Numbered from the stretch's first letter, positions 29,394 through 41,436 are shown. The stretch: 64,000 nucleotides of DNA from Armatimonadota bacterium (GCA_037445735.1 JBBIJY010000001.1:32001-96000); one strand, 5' to 3'. Made by a program: numbers and translations. The notes: a model not told the origin generated them from the sequence alone.

Positions 29394-31475
29394 TTACGCA
29401 ATCAGCTGGGCAGCAGCTTCGATGGAGGTGTGGATGGGGATGTTCGGGGGCAGATTGGCAAGAATCGTTTTGCCGTAAGGGCGCGTGCGGATACGGGCAT
29501 CCAGCAGGCAGACGACGCCCTTATCGTCCGCGCGACGAATGAGCCGCCCGAACCCCTGCCGAATCTGCTGCTTGGCTAACGGCAGCGTCCAGCTTTCGAA
29601 GGGGTCTTCACCCCGCAAGCGCAGCAGGGCATGGCGGGCTACCTGCGGCGGGCTGATCGGCACCTCGAACGGAATTCGCACCAGCACCACACAGCTGAGC
29701 GTTTCACCCGGCGCGTCAAACCCTGTCCAGAACGAGCGCAGTCCGAACAGCACCGACCCGGTATCCTCCCGAAACCGCTGGGAGAGGTCGGCGGTCGCAC
29801 TGTCGCCCTGCACCATCAGGCGCAGGTTCGGCAACGGCGGCAGGCGCTCCCGCACCGCCTCCATCTCCGCCCGCGAGGTGAACAGCACGAGCGCGCGCCC
29901 GCGCGTCGCCTGCAGAATCGCCGTCAGTTGCTGTGCCACCGCCTGATAGTATTCGGGCGCGTCGTGAGAACGGACGGAGCGCGGTGGCGGCGGCAGGGCA
30001 CCCCGCGGCGGCACATAAAGCGCACACTGACGCGCATAGTCGAACACAGGGGGCAACTGGAGCGTGCGCACCGTTTCGGGCAGACCCACCTGCCGCCGAA
30101 AGAACTCAAAAGAGCCGTCGATGGTGAGCGTCGCGCTCATCAGAATCGCAGGCTGACGACCCCAGAGATGCGCCGCCAGCCACGGCGCCACCTCCAGCGG
30201 CTGATAGCACGCCCGCCAGCCCAGCGGCGACCCCTCCAGCCAGCTCACCCCCTCCCCAGGATTCACCAGCAGGTTCAAACCCTGATAGTACTGGCGGAAC
30301 CAGCTCGCATATTGATTGAACGCCTCGCGCACAGCCGCATACTGCGCGTTGGTCATCTGGTGACGATGGCGGTTCAGCTCGCTTTTCAACTCGCTGAAGA
30401 ACTGGCGCAGCGCCTGCTGGAGGTTGTCCACTATCATCTGCATCAGGGGCAGCCAGTCGGGACGCGACGCCTTCTGAACCGCTTCATCCTCCATCAGCTC
30501 CGGCGGGCTGATGGCAACGATACGCCCTTCAGGTGCCAGCTCCGCGCCGCTGAGCGGCATCACGGCAGCATGGCAGCGCTGCGCCAGCACCTGCACCAGC
30601 TCCGCAATGGTGTTCAGCAGCGGCTCCGGGCGCTGTTCGCCTTCCAGCGCGTTCGCAATCTGGTGGCTGAGGCTGGCGGCGTTGCGCACGATCTCCTCCA
30701 GCGTTTCGAGCGAGAGTTCGAACTCCAGCGCATTACGGGCAGCTTCAGGTAAATCGTGTGCCTCATCCACCAGCAGATAATCGTACTCGTCCAGCAGTCC
30801 CTCCGCACCGCTCGCCTTGAGCAGAGCATCGGTCAACACCACCGAGTGGTTGGTGATGATGAGGGAGGCGTTCACCGCGGCGCGGCGCTGGCGATAATAA
30901 AAACAGCGTCCATAATGCTGGCAGGCGCGGGCGCGGCAGGCGGGCGGCGTGGCAATCCGACGCCACACATCGCGCAGCAGGCTGTCGGGCACGCCCTTGC
31001 GCCGCAAAAAGGGCATCAGCTCGCTCTCGGTGCCCTCCTGCGCCAGCGGAACCCACTCCCGCAGGAAACGCTGCAGCGCCGGTTCCAGAGAGTTGTTCTC
31101 ACGCCCGACAATTCGGTCGATGCAGGCGTAGCGGGACCGACCCATCACCAGTTGCCCGCGCAACTGTTTGCCCGCCTCCCCGAACAGCTCCAGCGCGAGC
31201 GGCAAATCCTTGCGCCAGTACTGCTCCGCCAGCACATTGGTGTAGGTGGACACTACCACCCGCTTGCCCGTTTGCAGCAGCCAGGCAATCAGCGGAATGA
31301 GCGCGCCGAGACTCTTGCCGACACCCGTGGGCGCCTCGACGCAGGCGGTTTGACCCCCATGCAGGCATTCAGCAATAAACTCCGCCATCTGATGCTGGAC
31401 AGGACGCACCTCGAACCCGTCCCGCGCCTCCAGACGGCGGAAACCCTCGCGTATCGCTGCTTTCAGTCGCTCCAT
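29394..31475 (-). CDS. DinG/YoaA family ATP-dependent helicase
   Basis: [24 protein letters not shown]; Fe-S cysteines. Confidence 0.9.
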   Translation of the reverse strand: MERLKAAIREGFRRLEARDGFEVRPVQHQMAEFIAECLHGGQTACVEAPTGVGKSLGALIPLIAWLLQTGKRVVVSTYTNVLAEQYWRKDLPLALELFGEAGKQLRGQLVMGRSRYACIDRIVGRENNSLEPALQRFLREWVPLAQEGTESELMPFLRRKGVPDSLLRDVWRRIATPPACRARACQHYGRCFYYRQRRAAVNASLIITNHSVVLTDALLKASGAEGLLDEYDYLLVDEAHDLPEAARNALEFELSLETLEEIVRNAASLSHQIANALEGEQRPEPLLNTIAELVQVLAQRCHAAVMPLSGAELAPEGRIVAISPPELMEDEAVQKASRPDWLPLMQMIVDNLQQALRQFFSELKSELNRHRHQMTNAQYAAVREAFNQYASWFRQYYQGLNLLVNPGEGVSWLEGSPLGWRACYQPLEVAPWLAAHLWGRQPAILMSATLTIDGSFEFFRRQVGLPETVRTLQLPPVFDYARQCALYVPPRGALPPPPRSVRSHDAPEYYQAVAQQLTAILQATRGRALVLFTSRAEMEAVRERLPPLPNLRLMVQGDSATADLSQRFREDTGSVLFGLRSFWTGFDAPGETLSCVVLVRIPFEVPISPPQVARHALLRLRGEDPFESWTLPLAKQQIRQGFGRLIRRADDKGVVCLLDARIRTRPYGKTILANLPPNIPIHTSIEAAAQLIA

Positions 31476-31528
31476 CCCTATCTATCGGTCTGGACTGCGG
31501 AAGCGGAGCTTCCGCACTCATACCGCTG

Positions 31529-32254
31529 CTATAGCGGCACCGCCTGAATGCGGCGCAGCGTGCGGGCGAACAGCCGCGCGATTACCTCGGTCGCCTGCGC
31601 CATCACTTCGGTAACCGCCGAATGATCCAGGGGTTGGTCGGTCAGCCCTGTGCCCGGATTGGTGACGACCGCCACCGCCGCATAGTGGATCCCTGCCTCA
31701 CGGCACAGAATCGCCTCTGGCACGACGGTCATGCCAATCACATCGCCGCCGAGCATGCGAAACATGCGGATTTCGGCAGGTGTCTCGTAGCGCGGTCCCG
31801 ACGCGCACACATACACCCCCTCCGATTGCACGCTGAGTCCCAGCTCACCTGCCGATTGGAGCAGCGCCTCGCGCAGCAGCGGGCTGAACGGTTGCGAAAA
31901 ATCGGTATGCACCACCTCATGCTCAAACAGCGTATGAACCGTGCGCGTGAAATCGAGAAAATCGCTGAGAATCACGAGCGTGCCAGGGACCCAATCAGGG
32001 CGCAGGGAGCCGACGGCAGCCGTTGCCAGCACCGCCTGCACCCCCTGCTCCCGCAACAGTTGCACATGGCGACGATGGTCAATCTGGTGCGGAGGCACAC
32101 GATGCCCCTTGCTGTGGCGCGGCAACAACAGCACCGGGCAACCCTCCAGCTGACCGTGCAGCAGATAGACCTCACCTGGCAATGCCTGCTCCTGCTGCAA
32201 CACAAAGCCCGGCAGCTGCTGCACGCCGGTGCCACCGATGATCGCGGCTTTCAT
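31529..32254 (-). CDS. MTAP-family purine nucleoside phosphorylase
   Basis: IIGGTG, PRH..GH..PPH, GPRYETPAE, IGMT, VTN. Confidence 0.9.
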   Translation of the reverse strand: MKAAIIGGTGVQQLPGFVLQQEQALPGEVYLLHGQLEGCPVLLLPRHSKGHRVPPHQIDHRRHVQLLREQGVQAVLATAAVGSLRPDWVPGTLVILSDFLDFTRTVHTLFEHEVVHTDFSQPFSPLLREALLQSAGELGLSVQSEGVYVCASGPRYETPAEIRMFRMLGGDVIGMTVVPEAILCREAGIHYAAVAVVTNPGTGLTDQPLDHSAVTEVMAQATEVIARLFARTLRRIQAVPL

Positions 32255-32322
32255 CGCCGGTGCAACTGCCCTGCCGTACCCGATTGACCGCGCAATTGGC
32301 GCGTCGATGGAGCCAGCGGCTC

Positions 32323-33018
32323 CTATTCAGAGCGGCGCTTGCGCCCGCGCCGCGCCGGTGCTGCCTCCGCTCTGGGCTGCTGCGCCTCTTCGGCTTTCGC
32401 CTGCGCCTCGTACGCTTTCTGGATGCTCAGGCGCACCAGCTCAGCGACCCGATTGAGTTCGGTGACGCTGGCTGCACGCGCCGCTTCGGGACGCACCGCC
32501 ACCTCCAGCCACGGCGTGACCATGAAGCGATGCCACTCTTCAGGCGTCGGGTAGGGCGATCCCGTGGGGCGTGGCGCAGCAACGGCATAAGCGGGCGCCG
32601 GCGCCTCCGCCACCAGCGCCTTCGCCGCCTCGCCCATCCGCTGCACCAGCTCCTTCTCCGAGCGGCTCTCCAGCACCGACTCAATCAGCCCCTCAATCTC
32701 CTCCACGCTCTTGTTCTCAATCATCCGCTGCACCGCCCGCAGCGGAATGTATTGAGACTGAAGCACCTTGAGCGCGACCAGCTGCAGCAGATGGTGGTAG
32801 TCATACAGCACCCGATTGCCCATCCGCTTGCTGGGCGGGTCAATGAGCCGGTTCGCCGCATAGAAGCGCACAGTCCGCACATCCGGGAAGGTCACCACCT
32901 TGTAGCGCGGCTGCACAGGAGCCCACTGCTCGAGCAGACTATTGGCAACCGCCACCAGCTCCTCGATCGTAAAGTACTCCTGCTGCCGATACTGCCTCAG
33001 CATGTCGATGGGTCTCAT
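32323..33018 (-). CDS. MerR-like HTH transcriptional regulator
   Basis: FTIEEL, RTVRFY...LID.P, Y..HLLQL..LK.LQ; TATACT 9 nt upstream of the ATG. Confidence 0.8.
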   Translation of the reverse strand: MRPIDMLRQYRQQEYFTIEELVAVANSLLEQWAPVQPRYKVVTFPDVRTVRFYAANRLIDPPSKRMGNRVLYDYHHLLQLVALKVLQSQYIPLRAVQRMIENKSVEEIEGLIESVLESRSEKELVQRMGEAAKALVAEAPAPAYAVAAPRPTGSPYPTPEEWHRFMVTPWLEVAVRPEAARAASVTELNRVAELVRLSIQKAYEAQAKAEEAQQPRAEAAPARRGRKRRSE

Positions 33019-33140
33019 AGTAGCCAGAGTATACCCGATGCATATCACTACCATGCAACGGTTGAACCCTTTTTTGACCGATTGGTGCAGTTTCGGGCAG
33101 GATTTGGAGCCGCGTTGACGAACGGGTATAGTCAGGGGCA

Positions 33141-34298
33141 ATGTGGACGCGCGCACAGGGATGGTGGCTGCTGATTTGCGCAGGCGGGCTGCTCCTGCTC
33201 TCCCCGCTTGCGCCGCAACCCGATAAAAGCCAGCAGCAGCAGAAACTGCAGCAGGAGCTGAAGAGCCTGCAGGGTCAGATCGGGCAGCTGCGCTCGCAGC
33301 TGCGGCAAAAAAAGCACGAGGAACGCAGGGTGCGCCGCGATCTGGCAACCCTGGACGCCCAGATCGACGCCATCACCCGCCGCCTGCGCGACACGCGCGA
33401 CCGCTTAGCCCGTGCCCGCAAGGAACAGCGCCAGCTGGCGAAACGGCTGGCGATCCTCACCGAGCGGCTCCAGCGACGACAGGCGTTGCTCATCCAGCGC
33501 CTGCGCGCCGCCTATAAACACCGCACCATCTCGTACCTGAATGTGCTGCTGGGCGCCAGCAGCATGCGCGAGCTGACCAGCCGGGGCTATGTGCTGCGCC
33601 AGATTGTGAAGACCGACCGCGCACTGCTCGATGCCGTGCGAGCCGACCAGCAGGCGGTCGCAAAAGCAAAGGCGCGAATGGACGCACTCGTCGCCGAAAT
33701 AGCCGGTCTGGAGCGCGACCTGCGGGCGCAGGCGAGCGAACTGCAGCGGGCACATCAGGAAAAACGCGAAACGCTGCGCCAGATTGCCAGCGAGCGCGCC
33801 CTCTATGAACGGCAATTAGCCGAGCTGGAAGCCGAATCGCAGGCGATTGCCCGCCGCCTGCGCGCACTGATGGAAACCCCCGCCGGACGCGCCCGCGCCA
33901 ACCAGCGATGGTCAGGGCGATTCATTCGCCCCGTGAACGGCACCATCACCTCCCGCTACGGTATGCGAGTCCATCCCATCTTCAAGGTGCGTCGCATGCA
34001 TAATGGCATCGACTTCTCCGCCCCGCACGGAACCCCAATTGCCGCCGCCGATTCGGGCGTGGTGGTCGAAGCCCGCTACATACGCGGCTACGGCAACACC
34101 GTGATTATCGATCACGGCGGCGGCGTCGCCACCCTCTATGCACACTGCTCCGCAATCCTGGTCAGCGAAGGACAGACCGTGCAACGGGGGCAGATCATCG
34201 CGCGAGTCGGCAGCACGGGCTACGCCACCGGACCCCATCTCCACTTCGAAGTGCGCATCAACGGCGACCCGGTGAACCCCGCAGGCTATGGCTTCTAA
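33141..34298 (+). CDS. EnvC-like coiled-coil M23 peptidase
   Basis: Signal peptide, long coiled coil, HNGID, YGN, HLHFEVR. Confidence 0.9.
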   Translation: MWTRAQGWWLLICAGGLLLLSPLAPQPDKSQQQQKLQQELKSLQGQIGQLRSQLRQKKHEERRVRRDLATLDAQIDAITRRLRDTRDRLARARKEQRQLAKRLAILTERLQRRQALLIQRLRAAYKHRTISYLNVLLGASSMRELTSRGYVLRQIVKTDRALLDAVRADQQAVAKAKARMDALVAEIAGLERDLRAQASELQRAHQEKRETLRQIASERALYERQLAELEAESQAIARRLRALMETPAGRARANQRWSGRFIRPVNGTITSRYGMRVHPIFKVRRMHNGIDFSAPHGTPIAAADSGVVVEARYIRGYGNTVIIDHGGGVATLYAHCSAILVSEGQTVQRGQIIARVGSTGYATGPHLHFEVRINGDPVNPAGYGF

Positions 34299-35407
34299 AA
34301 GACACCCTCACGAGTCGCCGCAACCAGCCAGTCAACCACGGCGCACAGGTCGCCGCCCGATTCATCATAAATGCGCAGCTGCCAGTCCGCACTCGTGCCC
34401 TCTTTCACGATGCGACGCGCGTGCTTCGCCTCCTCCCAGCAGCCCAGCTGCTCCGCATAAGGGCGAATGAGCGCCAGCAGCTCCTCCAGCAACTCCTCAT
34501 AGGGCACGCTCTTGCCGATGCCAAAATCGATCAGCTCGCCCCGCACGCCATGCCGCACCGCCCGCCACTTGTTCTCCCGAATCAAATCACGATGATACAG
34601 CCGCCAGCTCTGATTGTTGCGCCGCAAATCGTACAGAAACGCCACCAGCGACTGGACCATCGCCACAATGCACACTGCGTCCTCAATGCGCGTGCACACA
34701 TCGCAGATGCGGAACTCCAGCGTTTTATAGTGCGGATGCGGGCGCACATCCCACCACACCTTCGTGCGGTCATCAATCGCGCCCACCCGCTCCAGCGTGC
34801 CCATGAAGACATCATAGTCGGCGTAGGAGCGAAAGGCATCGGGAATGCCAGTGCGAGGCAGGGTTTCGAACACCACGCTCCGATACGACATCAGCCCCGT
34901 GCGCCGACCGTCCCAGAAGGGCGAGCTGACCGAGAGCGCCAGCAAATGCGGCAAAAAATAGCGCACCTGATTGAAAATATCGATGGTCAGCTCCAGATCA
35001 CCGATGCCCACATGCACATGCATGCCGAAAATGAGCAGGCGGCGAGCAATGTCCTGCATGTTCTCTTCCAGCGCCTTGTAGCGCAGCTTCGGCGTGATGG
35101 TCTGATCAATCCAGCGGGAGAAGGGATGTGTGCCCGCGGCCACAATACGCTTACCGTTCGACTCGGCAATCTCGATGAGGGCGCCGCGCAGCCGACGCAG
35201 CTCGTCGCGCACCTGCTGCACAGTCTCGCAGACCTGACTGCCCACCTCGATCTGCGACTGCATGAACTCCTCTTTCACCTGATCCTGCAGGCGCACGCGC
35301 CCGTCAGGCAAAATCTTGGACACATACGAATCGAGGGCGCGCGTCCCGGCGTCCACAATCTGGTACTCCTCCTCGACGCCCAGCGTCAACGGTAACCCCT
35401 TGAACAT
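34295..35407 (-). CDS. Carboxylate-amine ligase / glutamate-cysteine ligase 2 (YbdK family)
   Basis: TLGVEEEYQ, GMHVHVG, SSPFW, WWDVRPHP, LEFRICD, ENKWRA. Confidence 0.92.
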   Translation of the reverse strand: MFKGLPLTLGVEEEYQIVDAGTRALDSYVSKILPDGRVRLQDQVKEEFMQSQIEVGSQVCETVQQVRDELRRLRGALIEIAESNGKRIVAAGTHPFSRWIDQTITPKLRYKALEENMQDIARRLLIFGMHVHVGIGDLELTIDIFNQVRYFLPHLLALSVSSPFWDGRRTGLMSYRSVVFETLPRTGIPDAFRSYADYDVFMGTLERVGAIDDRTKVWWDVRPHPHYKTLEFRICDVCTRIEDAVCIVAMVQSLVAFLYDLRRNNQSWRLYHRDLIRENKWRAVRHGVRGELIDFGIGKSVPYEELLEELLALIRPYAEQLGCWEEAKHARRIVKEGTSADWQLRIYDESGGDLCAVVDWLVAATREGVF

Positions 35408-35469
35408 ACACGCTCACCAGCGAAAAGATTCGCCCACCAGCGCGTGTTGTCCTGCCTGTGTGGCTATCC

Positions 35470-36327
35470 CTACGCGGCAACAACCTGCCGCATGGCAGCG
35501 ACCGCCTCGAAGACACGCGCAAGAATGACTTCGCGGGTCTCGTCAGGCAGGCAAATCAGCTGCTCGGCTTCGGAAGGGATCGGTGGTAGAGCAAAGCCCT
35601 GATCGCTGCGGCTCTGTTGATAGCTCCACTGGTCTGCTACCATCAGGCAAGCCGTCGGTATGCGGAGGTCGCCATCGGGCAGAGCGGGTGCATGATGATT
35701 GCCGATAAGATGCACCAGCAACGGAGGCAGCTGCCAGCCGTCGGCAATCAGCGCGCCCACCTCCGCGTGATCCATGCCCAGCATCGCGCCCTCCACCTCA
35801 TGACGGGTTCGCTGTGCATCCGCCGCGCGCAACACCTGCTGATACTCTCTGGGGAAACGAGTGTGCAAAAACAGGATGCCGATGTCGTGTAAAAGCCCCG
35901 CCATAAAGGCGTTCTCCGCCTGACGGATGCATCGCCCCTGCGCCAGCGCGATTTCGCGGGCAATCCCGGCGCAGGCGAACGAATGCTCCCACAGCTCCAG
36001 CTCCAGCGGGCTGGGCACCCGACCGTGGCGCAGCGCCATAAACGCCGACACGCCAAGCACCAGATTCTTGACCGTGTGGAAGCCCAGCACAATCACTGCC
36101 TGCTTCACCGTGCTGATGGTGCGCGTCAGCCCGTAATAAGCGGAGTTCGCCAGATGTAGCACCTTCACCGTGAGGGCGGGATCGGTTGTGATGAGGCGCT
36201 CTACCTGCTCAGCGGTCGCGTTCTCGCTCTCCACCAGCTCGACCAGCTGCGTCACCAGCCCTGGCAGCGCGGGCAGCTCGTGAATCGCGCGCTCAATGTC
36301 CCTGCGCACATCACTCGCCATAATCAT
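35470..36327 (-). CDS. HDOD domain protein
   Basis: LPALP, DPALT..VL.LANS.YYG, AGLLHDIG, DHAEVG...W.LP. Confidence 0.92.
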   Translation of the reverse strand: MIMASDVRRDIERAIHELPALPGLVTQLVELVESENATAEQVERLITTDPALTVKVLHLANSAYYGLTRTISTVKQAVIVLGFHTVKNLVLGVSAFMALRHGRVPSPLELELWEHSFACAGIAREIALAQGRCIRQAENAFMAGLLHDIGILFLHTRFPREYQQVLRAADAQRTRHEVEGAMLGMDHAEVGALIADGWQLPPLLVHLIGNHHAPALPDGDLRIPTACLMVADQWSYQQSRSDQGFALPPIPSEAEQLICLPDETREVILARVFEAVAAMRQVVAA

Positions 36328-36472
36328 AGTGCCCCGATGTATGATGCAGATTCAGGGCTATTATCGGACGGTTGCGGGATTCTCTGCAGGGCGGCGGTCA
36401 TTCCCTCTTGACTGGCTCCTGCGCAAAATGTGGTATAATAGAGGTGCGGCTGAGGCCGCGAAAGGAGGTTCG

Positions 36473-38368
36473 ATGATGCAACGCAATGGCTGGTTTCGCT
36501 GGATGGGGCTGATCAGCATCGCCCTCTGTGTGAGCGCGCCGATGCTGGCGCAGAAGGGGGTACCGTCTCCCAAAGACCAGTTCGACAAGCCGCGTCCGAC
36601 GCTCATCGTGGAACCGGTGAATGTCGGTCCGCGCAACCCGGCTCTCTATGCTCCCTATAACGGGGGCGATTTCTCCCCGGCAAGCGGCGATGTGGTTGTC
36701 GTCGATGTAACGGGCACACCCAGCTATGATAGCGCGGGTGCATCGTGCAATGTGCGGCTCACTATCCCCGCACCCGCTGGTAGAGATAACTTCAACGGCA
36801 TCGGCTGGGATGTGTGTCTGACGGCAACCTCACCCAGCTGGCGCTGCGAAATCGCCGTGCTGATCACCAATGTGAACGGCGAAGGCTATATTCTGCGACC
36901 GGGCGCTGTTGATTGCTCCGCTGGCTCCGGTTGCTACTCCAGCGGCGCCGTGAACAAGCTGTGCGATGTGTACGGCTTCCCCGATCTGCCGCTACCCGAC
37001 GGCAATCTCTACCTGGAGTTCTTCGAAACCTTTGATGACTTCGGTGGCTGCGGGCAGGACGGCAACTGGGACAGCGGCACGCTCTCCCTGCAGTTTGGTA
37101 CCACCCCGCCATTCACGGGCTGGGACGAGGCAGTCAACGGTGGTGGAGACGCTGGTGATACCCCTGAAACCGCTCAGAGCACTGGCAGCGGCGCGCTGAC
37201 CGCCATTCGGGGCGATCTGGAAGCCGACGGCGTGGATATGTACGCTATCTACATTTCCGATCCCGCCCTCTTCAGCGCATCGCTCCGCTGCGGCGCCCTG
37301 TTCGACACCCAGCTCTTCCTGTTCGACGCGAACGGCAAGGGTGTGGTGCACAACGACGACACCTTCGGGCTGATCTCTTACATCGATAACTCCACCTTCT
37401 GTATTCCAGGTCCGGGTGTCTACTACCTTGCCGTGAGCCGATATAACCGCGACCCGGTGGGCTGTGGTGGTGGGCTCATCTGGAACAACACACCCTTCAC
37501 AGAAATCCGTTGTCCCGATGGTCCCGAATCGACCTCGCGCGTGTCAGGCTGGTCGGGCTCTACAGGCGCCGCTGGCACCTACACCATCGTCCTGCAGGGC
37601 GCCGAGGGCGCCAGTGCGGGTGATCCCGACGATTGTCCGCCACCACCGATCGATCGCTGGGACGAGACCGCTAACGGCGGCGGCGATGCGGGCGATCTGC
37701 CCTCCACCGCGCAGGCTGTTTCGCGACCCGAAGCAGAACCCTGCGCAACGGCGGTCACACGCATCACGGGCAACCGAGCAAGCACCACCGACGCCGACAT
37801 GTACATCATCTGCATCACCGACCCGAACAGCTTCGTCGCCAGCACGGTGGGCGGCGCGGGCTTCGATACCCAGCTGTTCCTGTTCAAGTGCGACGGCACG
37901 GGCGTGGTGCATAACGACGACTCCAGCGCAACTGTCCAATCCCAGATCGACAACTCCACAGGCTGTATCACCGAGCCGGGCACCTACCTGCTGGCAATCA
38001 CGGGCTACAACCAGGATCCGGTCGACGCCGGCGGGCAGCTCATCTGGAACAACACGCCCTTCGGTGAGGTGCGCTGTCCCGATGGTCCGGGCGCAGGAAA
38101 CCCGATAGCAGGCTGGACAGGTGATGGCGACTCCGGTATCTACACCATCCAGCTGCAGGGCGCCTACTTTGTCAGCCCGGCAGGCTGCGTACCTGGCTGT
38201 CAGGGCGATGTGAACAGGGATGGCGTGGTGGATGACGCCGACCTGTTAGCTGTGCTGTTCGCCTTCGGCAACTTCTGCTCGGGTTGCCCCGAGGACCTGA
38301 ACGGCGACAACATGGTCGACGACGCCGACCTGCTGATCGTGCTGTTCAACTTCGGCTGCGGCGGCTAA
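36473..38368 (+). CDS. Secreted protein with two DVUA0089/PPC-like repeats and a C-terminal dockerin-like domain (copy 1)
   Basis: Signal peptide; two repeats [15 protein letters not shown]...FDTQLFLF...HNDD...[47 protein letters not shown]. Confidence 0.8.
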   Translation: MMQRNGWFRWMGLISIALCVSAPMLAQKGVPSPKDQFDKPRPTLIVEPVNVGPRNPALYAPYNGGDFSPASGDVVVVDVTGTPSYDSAGASCNVRLTIPAPAGRDNFNGIGWDVCLTATSPSWRCEIAVLITNVNGEGYILRPGAVDCSAGSGCYSSGAVNKLCDVYGFPDLPLPDGNLYLEFFETFDDFGGCGQDGNWDSGTLSLQFGTTPPFTGWDEAVNGGGDAGDTPETAQSTGSGALTAIRGDLEADGVDMYAIYISDPALFSASLRCGALFDTQLFLFDANGKGVVHNDDTFGLISYIDNSTFCIPGPGVYYLAVSRYNRDPVGCGGGLIWNNTPFTEIRCPDGPESTSRVSGWSGSTGAAGTYTIVLQGAEGASAGDPDDCPPPPIDRWDETANGGGDAGDLPSTAQAVSRPEAEPCATAVTRITGNRASTTDADMYIICITDPNSFVASTVGGAGFDTQLFLFKCDGTGVVHNDDSSATVQSQIDNSTGCITEPGTYLLAITGYNQDPVDAGGQLIWNNTPFGEVRCPDGPGAGNPIAGWTGDGDSGIYTIQLQGAYFVSPAGCVPGCQGDVNRDGVVDDADLLAVLFAFGNFCSGCPEDLNGDNMVDDADLLIVLFNFGCGG

Positions 38369-38532
38369 GCCCTCACCCTCTGCCCCCTCTCCCACGCTGT
38401 GGGAGAGGGGGGGTATTCTGGCACAAAGGTTGCTGCATTTCAAGTATCACTGAGCAGAGCCGCTCCTTCCCCAACGGCGCGTTTCGGTTCCTACGCTTAT
38501 CTGGCAACACCCTTCACAGGGAGGCACAGGCA

Positions 38533-38909
38533 ATGATCGTTGTGATGCAACCGGGGGCAACCCCCGAACAGGTTCGCGATGTGGAAGAGCGACTGCGCCA
38601 GTTCGGGTTCGACATCCACCCGATCTATGGCGTGGAGCGCACCGTGATCGCGGCAGTCGGCGCACCCGAACTGGACCGCAACGAAGCCAAAGAACAGCTC
38701 GAATCGCTGCCATGGGTGGAACAGGTCACCCTGGTGCTGAAGCCCTACAAGTTTGTCTCAAAAAAGTTTCGCGAACGCACGATTGTGGAGGTGAACGGAC
38801 TGCCGATAGGGGGCGAGCTGTTCGTGGTGATGGCAGGTCCCTGCACGGTGGAGAGCGAGGAACAACTCCTCAAAACGGCGCAGGCGGTGCATCAGGCGGG
38901 CGCCCACAT
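38533..38909 (+). pseudogene. Truncated aroF 5' fragment at the duplication junction
   Basis: Identical to 41437-41813, then runs into antisense HDOD sequence. Confidence 0.8.
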
Positions 38910-39231
38910 GCGGGCTGGGCACCCGACCGTGGCGCAGCGCCATAAACGCCGACACGCCAAGCACCAGATTCTTGACCGTGTGGAAGCCCAGCACAATCAC
39001 TGCCTGCTTCACCGTGCTGATGGTGCGCGTCAGCCCGTAATAAGCGGAGTTCGCCAGATGTAGCACCTTCACCGTGAGGGCGGGATCGGTTGTGATGAGG
39101 CGCTCTACCTGCTCAGCGGTCGCGTTCTCGCTCTCCACCAGCTCGACCAGCTGCGTCACCAGCCCTGGCAGCGCGGGCAGCTCGTGAATCGCGCGCTCAA
39201 TGTCCCTGCGCACATCACTCGCCATAATCAT
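38910..39231 (-). pseudogene. Truncated second copy of the HDOD gene (5' part)
   Basis: Identical to 36006-36327; broken at the junction. Confidence 0.8.
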
Positions 39232-39376
39232 AGTGCCCCGATGTATGATGCAGATTCAGGGCTATTATCGGACGGTTGCGGGATTCTCTGCAGGGCGGCG
39301 GTCATTCCCTCTTGACTGGCTCCTGCGCAAAATGTGGTATAATAGAGGTGCGGCTGAGGCCGCGAAAGGAGGTTCG

Positions 39377-41272
39377 ATGATGCAACGCAATGGCTGGTTT
39401 CGCTGGATGGGGCTGATCAGCATCGCCCTCTGTGTGAGCGCGCCGATGCTGGCGCAGAAGGGGGTACCGTCTCCCAAAGACCAGTTCGACAAGCCGCGTC
39501 CGACGCTCATCGTGGAACCGGTGAATGTCGGTCCGCGCAACCCGGCTCTCTATGCTCCCTATAACGGGGGCGATTTCTCCCCGGCAAGCGGCGATGTGGT
39601 TGTCGTCGATGTAACGGGCACACCCAGCTATGATAGCGCGGGTGCATCGTGCAATGTGCGGCTCACTATCCCCGCACCCGCTGGTAGAGATAACTTCAAC
39701 GGCATCGGCTGGGATGTGTGTCTGACGGCAACCTCACCCAGCTGGCGCTGCGAAATCGCCGTGCTGATCACCAATGTGAACGGCGAAGGCTATATTCTGC
39801 GACCGGGCGCTGTTGATTGCTCCGCTGGCTCCGGTTGCTACTCCAGCGGCGCCGTGAACAAGCTGTGCGATGTGTACGGCTTCCCCGATCTGCCGCTACC
39901 CGACGGCAATCTCTACCTGGAGTTCTTCGAAACCTTTGATGACTTCGGTGGCTGCGGGCAGGACGGCAACTGGGACAGCGGCACGCTCTCCCTGCAGTTT
40001 GGTACCACCCCGCCATTCACGGGCTGGGACGAGGCAGTCAACGGTGGTGGAGACGCTGGTGATACCCCTGAAACCGCTCAGAGCACTGGCAGCGGCGCGC
40101 TGACCGCCATTCGGGGCGATCTGGAAGCCGACGGCGTGGATATGTACGCTATCTACATTTCCGATCCCGCCCTCTTCAGCGCATCGCTCCGCTGCGGCGC
40201 CCTGTTCGACACCCAGCTCTTCCTGTTCGACGCGAACGGCAAGGGTGTGGTGCACAACGACGACACCTTCGGGCTGATCTCTTACATCGATAACTCCACC
40301 TTCTGTATTCCAGGTCCGGGTGTCTACTACCTTGCCGTGAGCCGATATAACCGCGACCCGGTGGGCTGTGGTGGTGGGCTCATCTGGAACAACACACCCT
40401 TCACAGAAATCCGTTGTCCCGATGGTCCCGAATCGACCTCGCGCGTGTCAGGCTGGTCGGGCTCTACAGGCGCCGCTGGCACCTACACCATCGTCCTGCA
40501 GGGCGCCGAGGGCGCCAGTGCGGGTGATCCCGACGATTGTCCGCCACCACCGATCGATCGCTGGGACGAGACCGCTAACGGCGGCGGCGATGCGGGCGAT
40601 CTGCCCTCCACCGCGCAGGCTGTTTCGCGACCCGAAGCAGAACCCTGCGCAACGGCGGTCACACGCATCACGGGCAACCGAGCAAGCACCACCGACGCCG
40701 ACATGTACATCATCTGCATCACCGACCCGAACAGCTTCGTCGCCAGCACGGTGGGCGGCGCGGGCTTCGATACCCAGCTGTTCCTGTTCAAGTGCGACGG
40801 CACGGGCGTGGTGCATAACGACGACTCCAGCGCAACTGTCCAATCCCAGATCGACAACTCCACAGGCTGTATCACCGAGCCGGGCACCTACCTGCTGGCA
40901 ATCACGGGCTACAACCAGGATCCGGTCGACGCCGGCGGGCAGCTCATCTGGAACAACACGCCCTTCGGTGAGGTGCGCTGTCCCGATGGTCCGGGCGCAG
41001 GAAACCCGATAGCAGGCTGGACAGGTGATGGCGACTCCGGTATCTACACCATCCAGCTGCAGGGCGCCTACTTTGTCAGCCCGGCAGGCTGCGTACCTGG
41101 CTGTCAGGGCGATGTGAACAGGGATGGCGTGGTGGATGACGCCGACCTGTTAGCTGTGCTGTTCGCCTTCGGCAACTTCTGCTCGGGTTGCCCCGAGGAC
41201 CTGAACGGCGACAACATGGTCGACGACGCCGACCTGCTGATCGTGCTGTTCAACTTCGGCTGCGGCGGCTAA
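39377..41272 (+). CDS. Secreted DVUA0089/PPC-like repeat plus dockerin-like protein (copy 2)
   Basis: Protein identical to 36473-38368. Confidence 0.75.
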   Translation: MMQRNGWFRWMGLISIALCVSAPMLAQKGVPSPKDQFDKPRPTLIVEPVNVGPRNPALYAPYNGGDFSPASGDVVVVDVTGTPSYDSAGASCNVRLTIPAPAGRDNFNGIGWDVCLTATSPSWRCEIAVLITNVNGEGYILRPGAVDCSAGSGCYSSGAVNKLCDVYGFPDLPLPDGNLYLEFFETFDDFGGCGQDGNWDSGTLSLQFGTTPPFTGWDEAVNGGGDAGDTPETAQSTGSGALTAIRGDLEADGVDMYAIYISDPALFSASLRCGALFDTQLFLFDANGKGVVHNDDTFGLISYIDNSTFCIPGPGVYYLAVSRYNRDPVGCGGGLIWNNTPFTEIRCPDGPESTSRVSGWSGSTGAAGTYTIVLQGAEGASAGDPDDCPPPPIDRWDETANGGGDAGDLPSTAQAVSRPEAEPCATAVTRITGNRASTTDADMYIICITDPNSFVASTVGGAGFDTQLFLFKCDGTGVVHNDDSSATVQSQIDNSTGCITEPGTYLLAITGYNQDPVDAGGQLIWNNTPFGEVRCPDGPGAGNPIAGWTGDGDSGIYTIQLQGAYFVSPAGCVPGCQGDVNRDGVVDDADLLAVLFAFGNFCSGCPEDLNGDNMVDDADLLIVLFNFGCGG

Positions 41273-41322
41273 GCCCTCACCCTCTGCCCCCTCTCCCACG
41301 CTGTGGGAGAGGGGGGGTATTC

Positions 41323-41338
41323 TGGCACAAAGGTTGCT
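41323..41338 (+). promoter_or_regulatory. Sigma-54 (-24/-12) promoter upstream of aroF
   Basis: TGGCAC-AAAGG-TTGCT (GG-N10-GC); duplicate at 38419-38434. Confidence 0.6.
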
Positions 41339-41436
41339 GCATTTCAAGTATCACTGAGCAGAGCCGCTCCTTCCCCAACGGCGCGTTTCGGTTCCTACGC
41401 TTATCTGGCAACACCCTTCACAGGGAGGCACAGGCA

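Noticed and set aside
38284-39231. Novel fusion proteins at 38284-39063 and 38758-39231
   Set aside because: By-products of the duplication junction, reading into antisense sequence.
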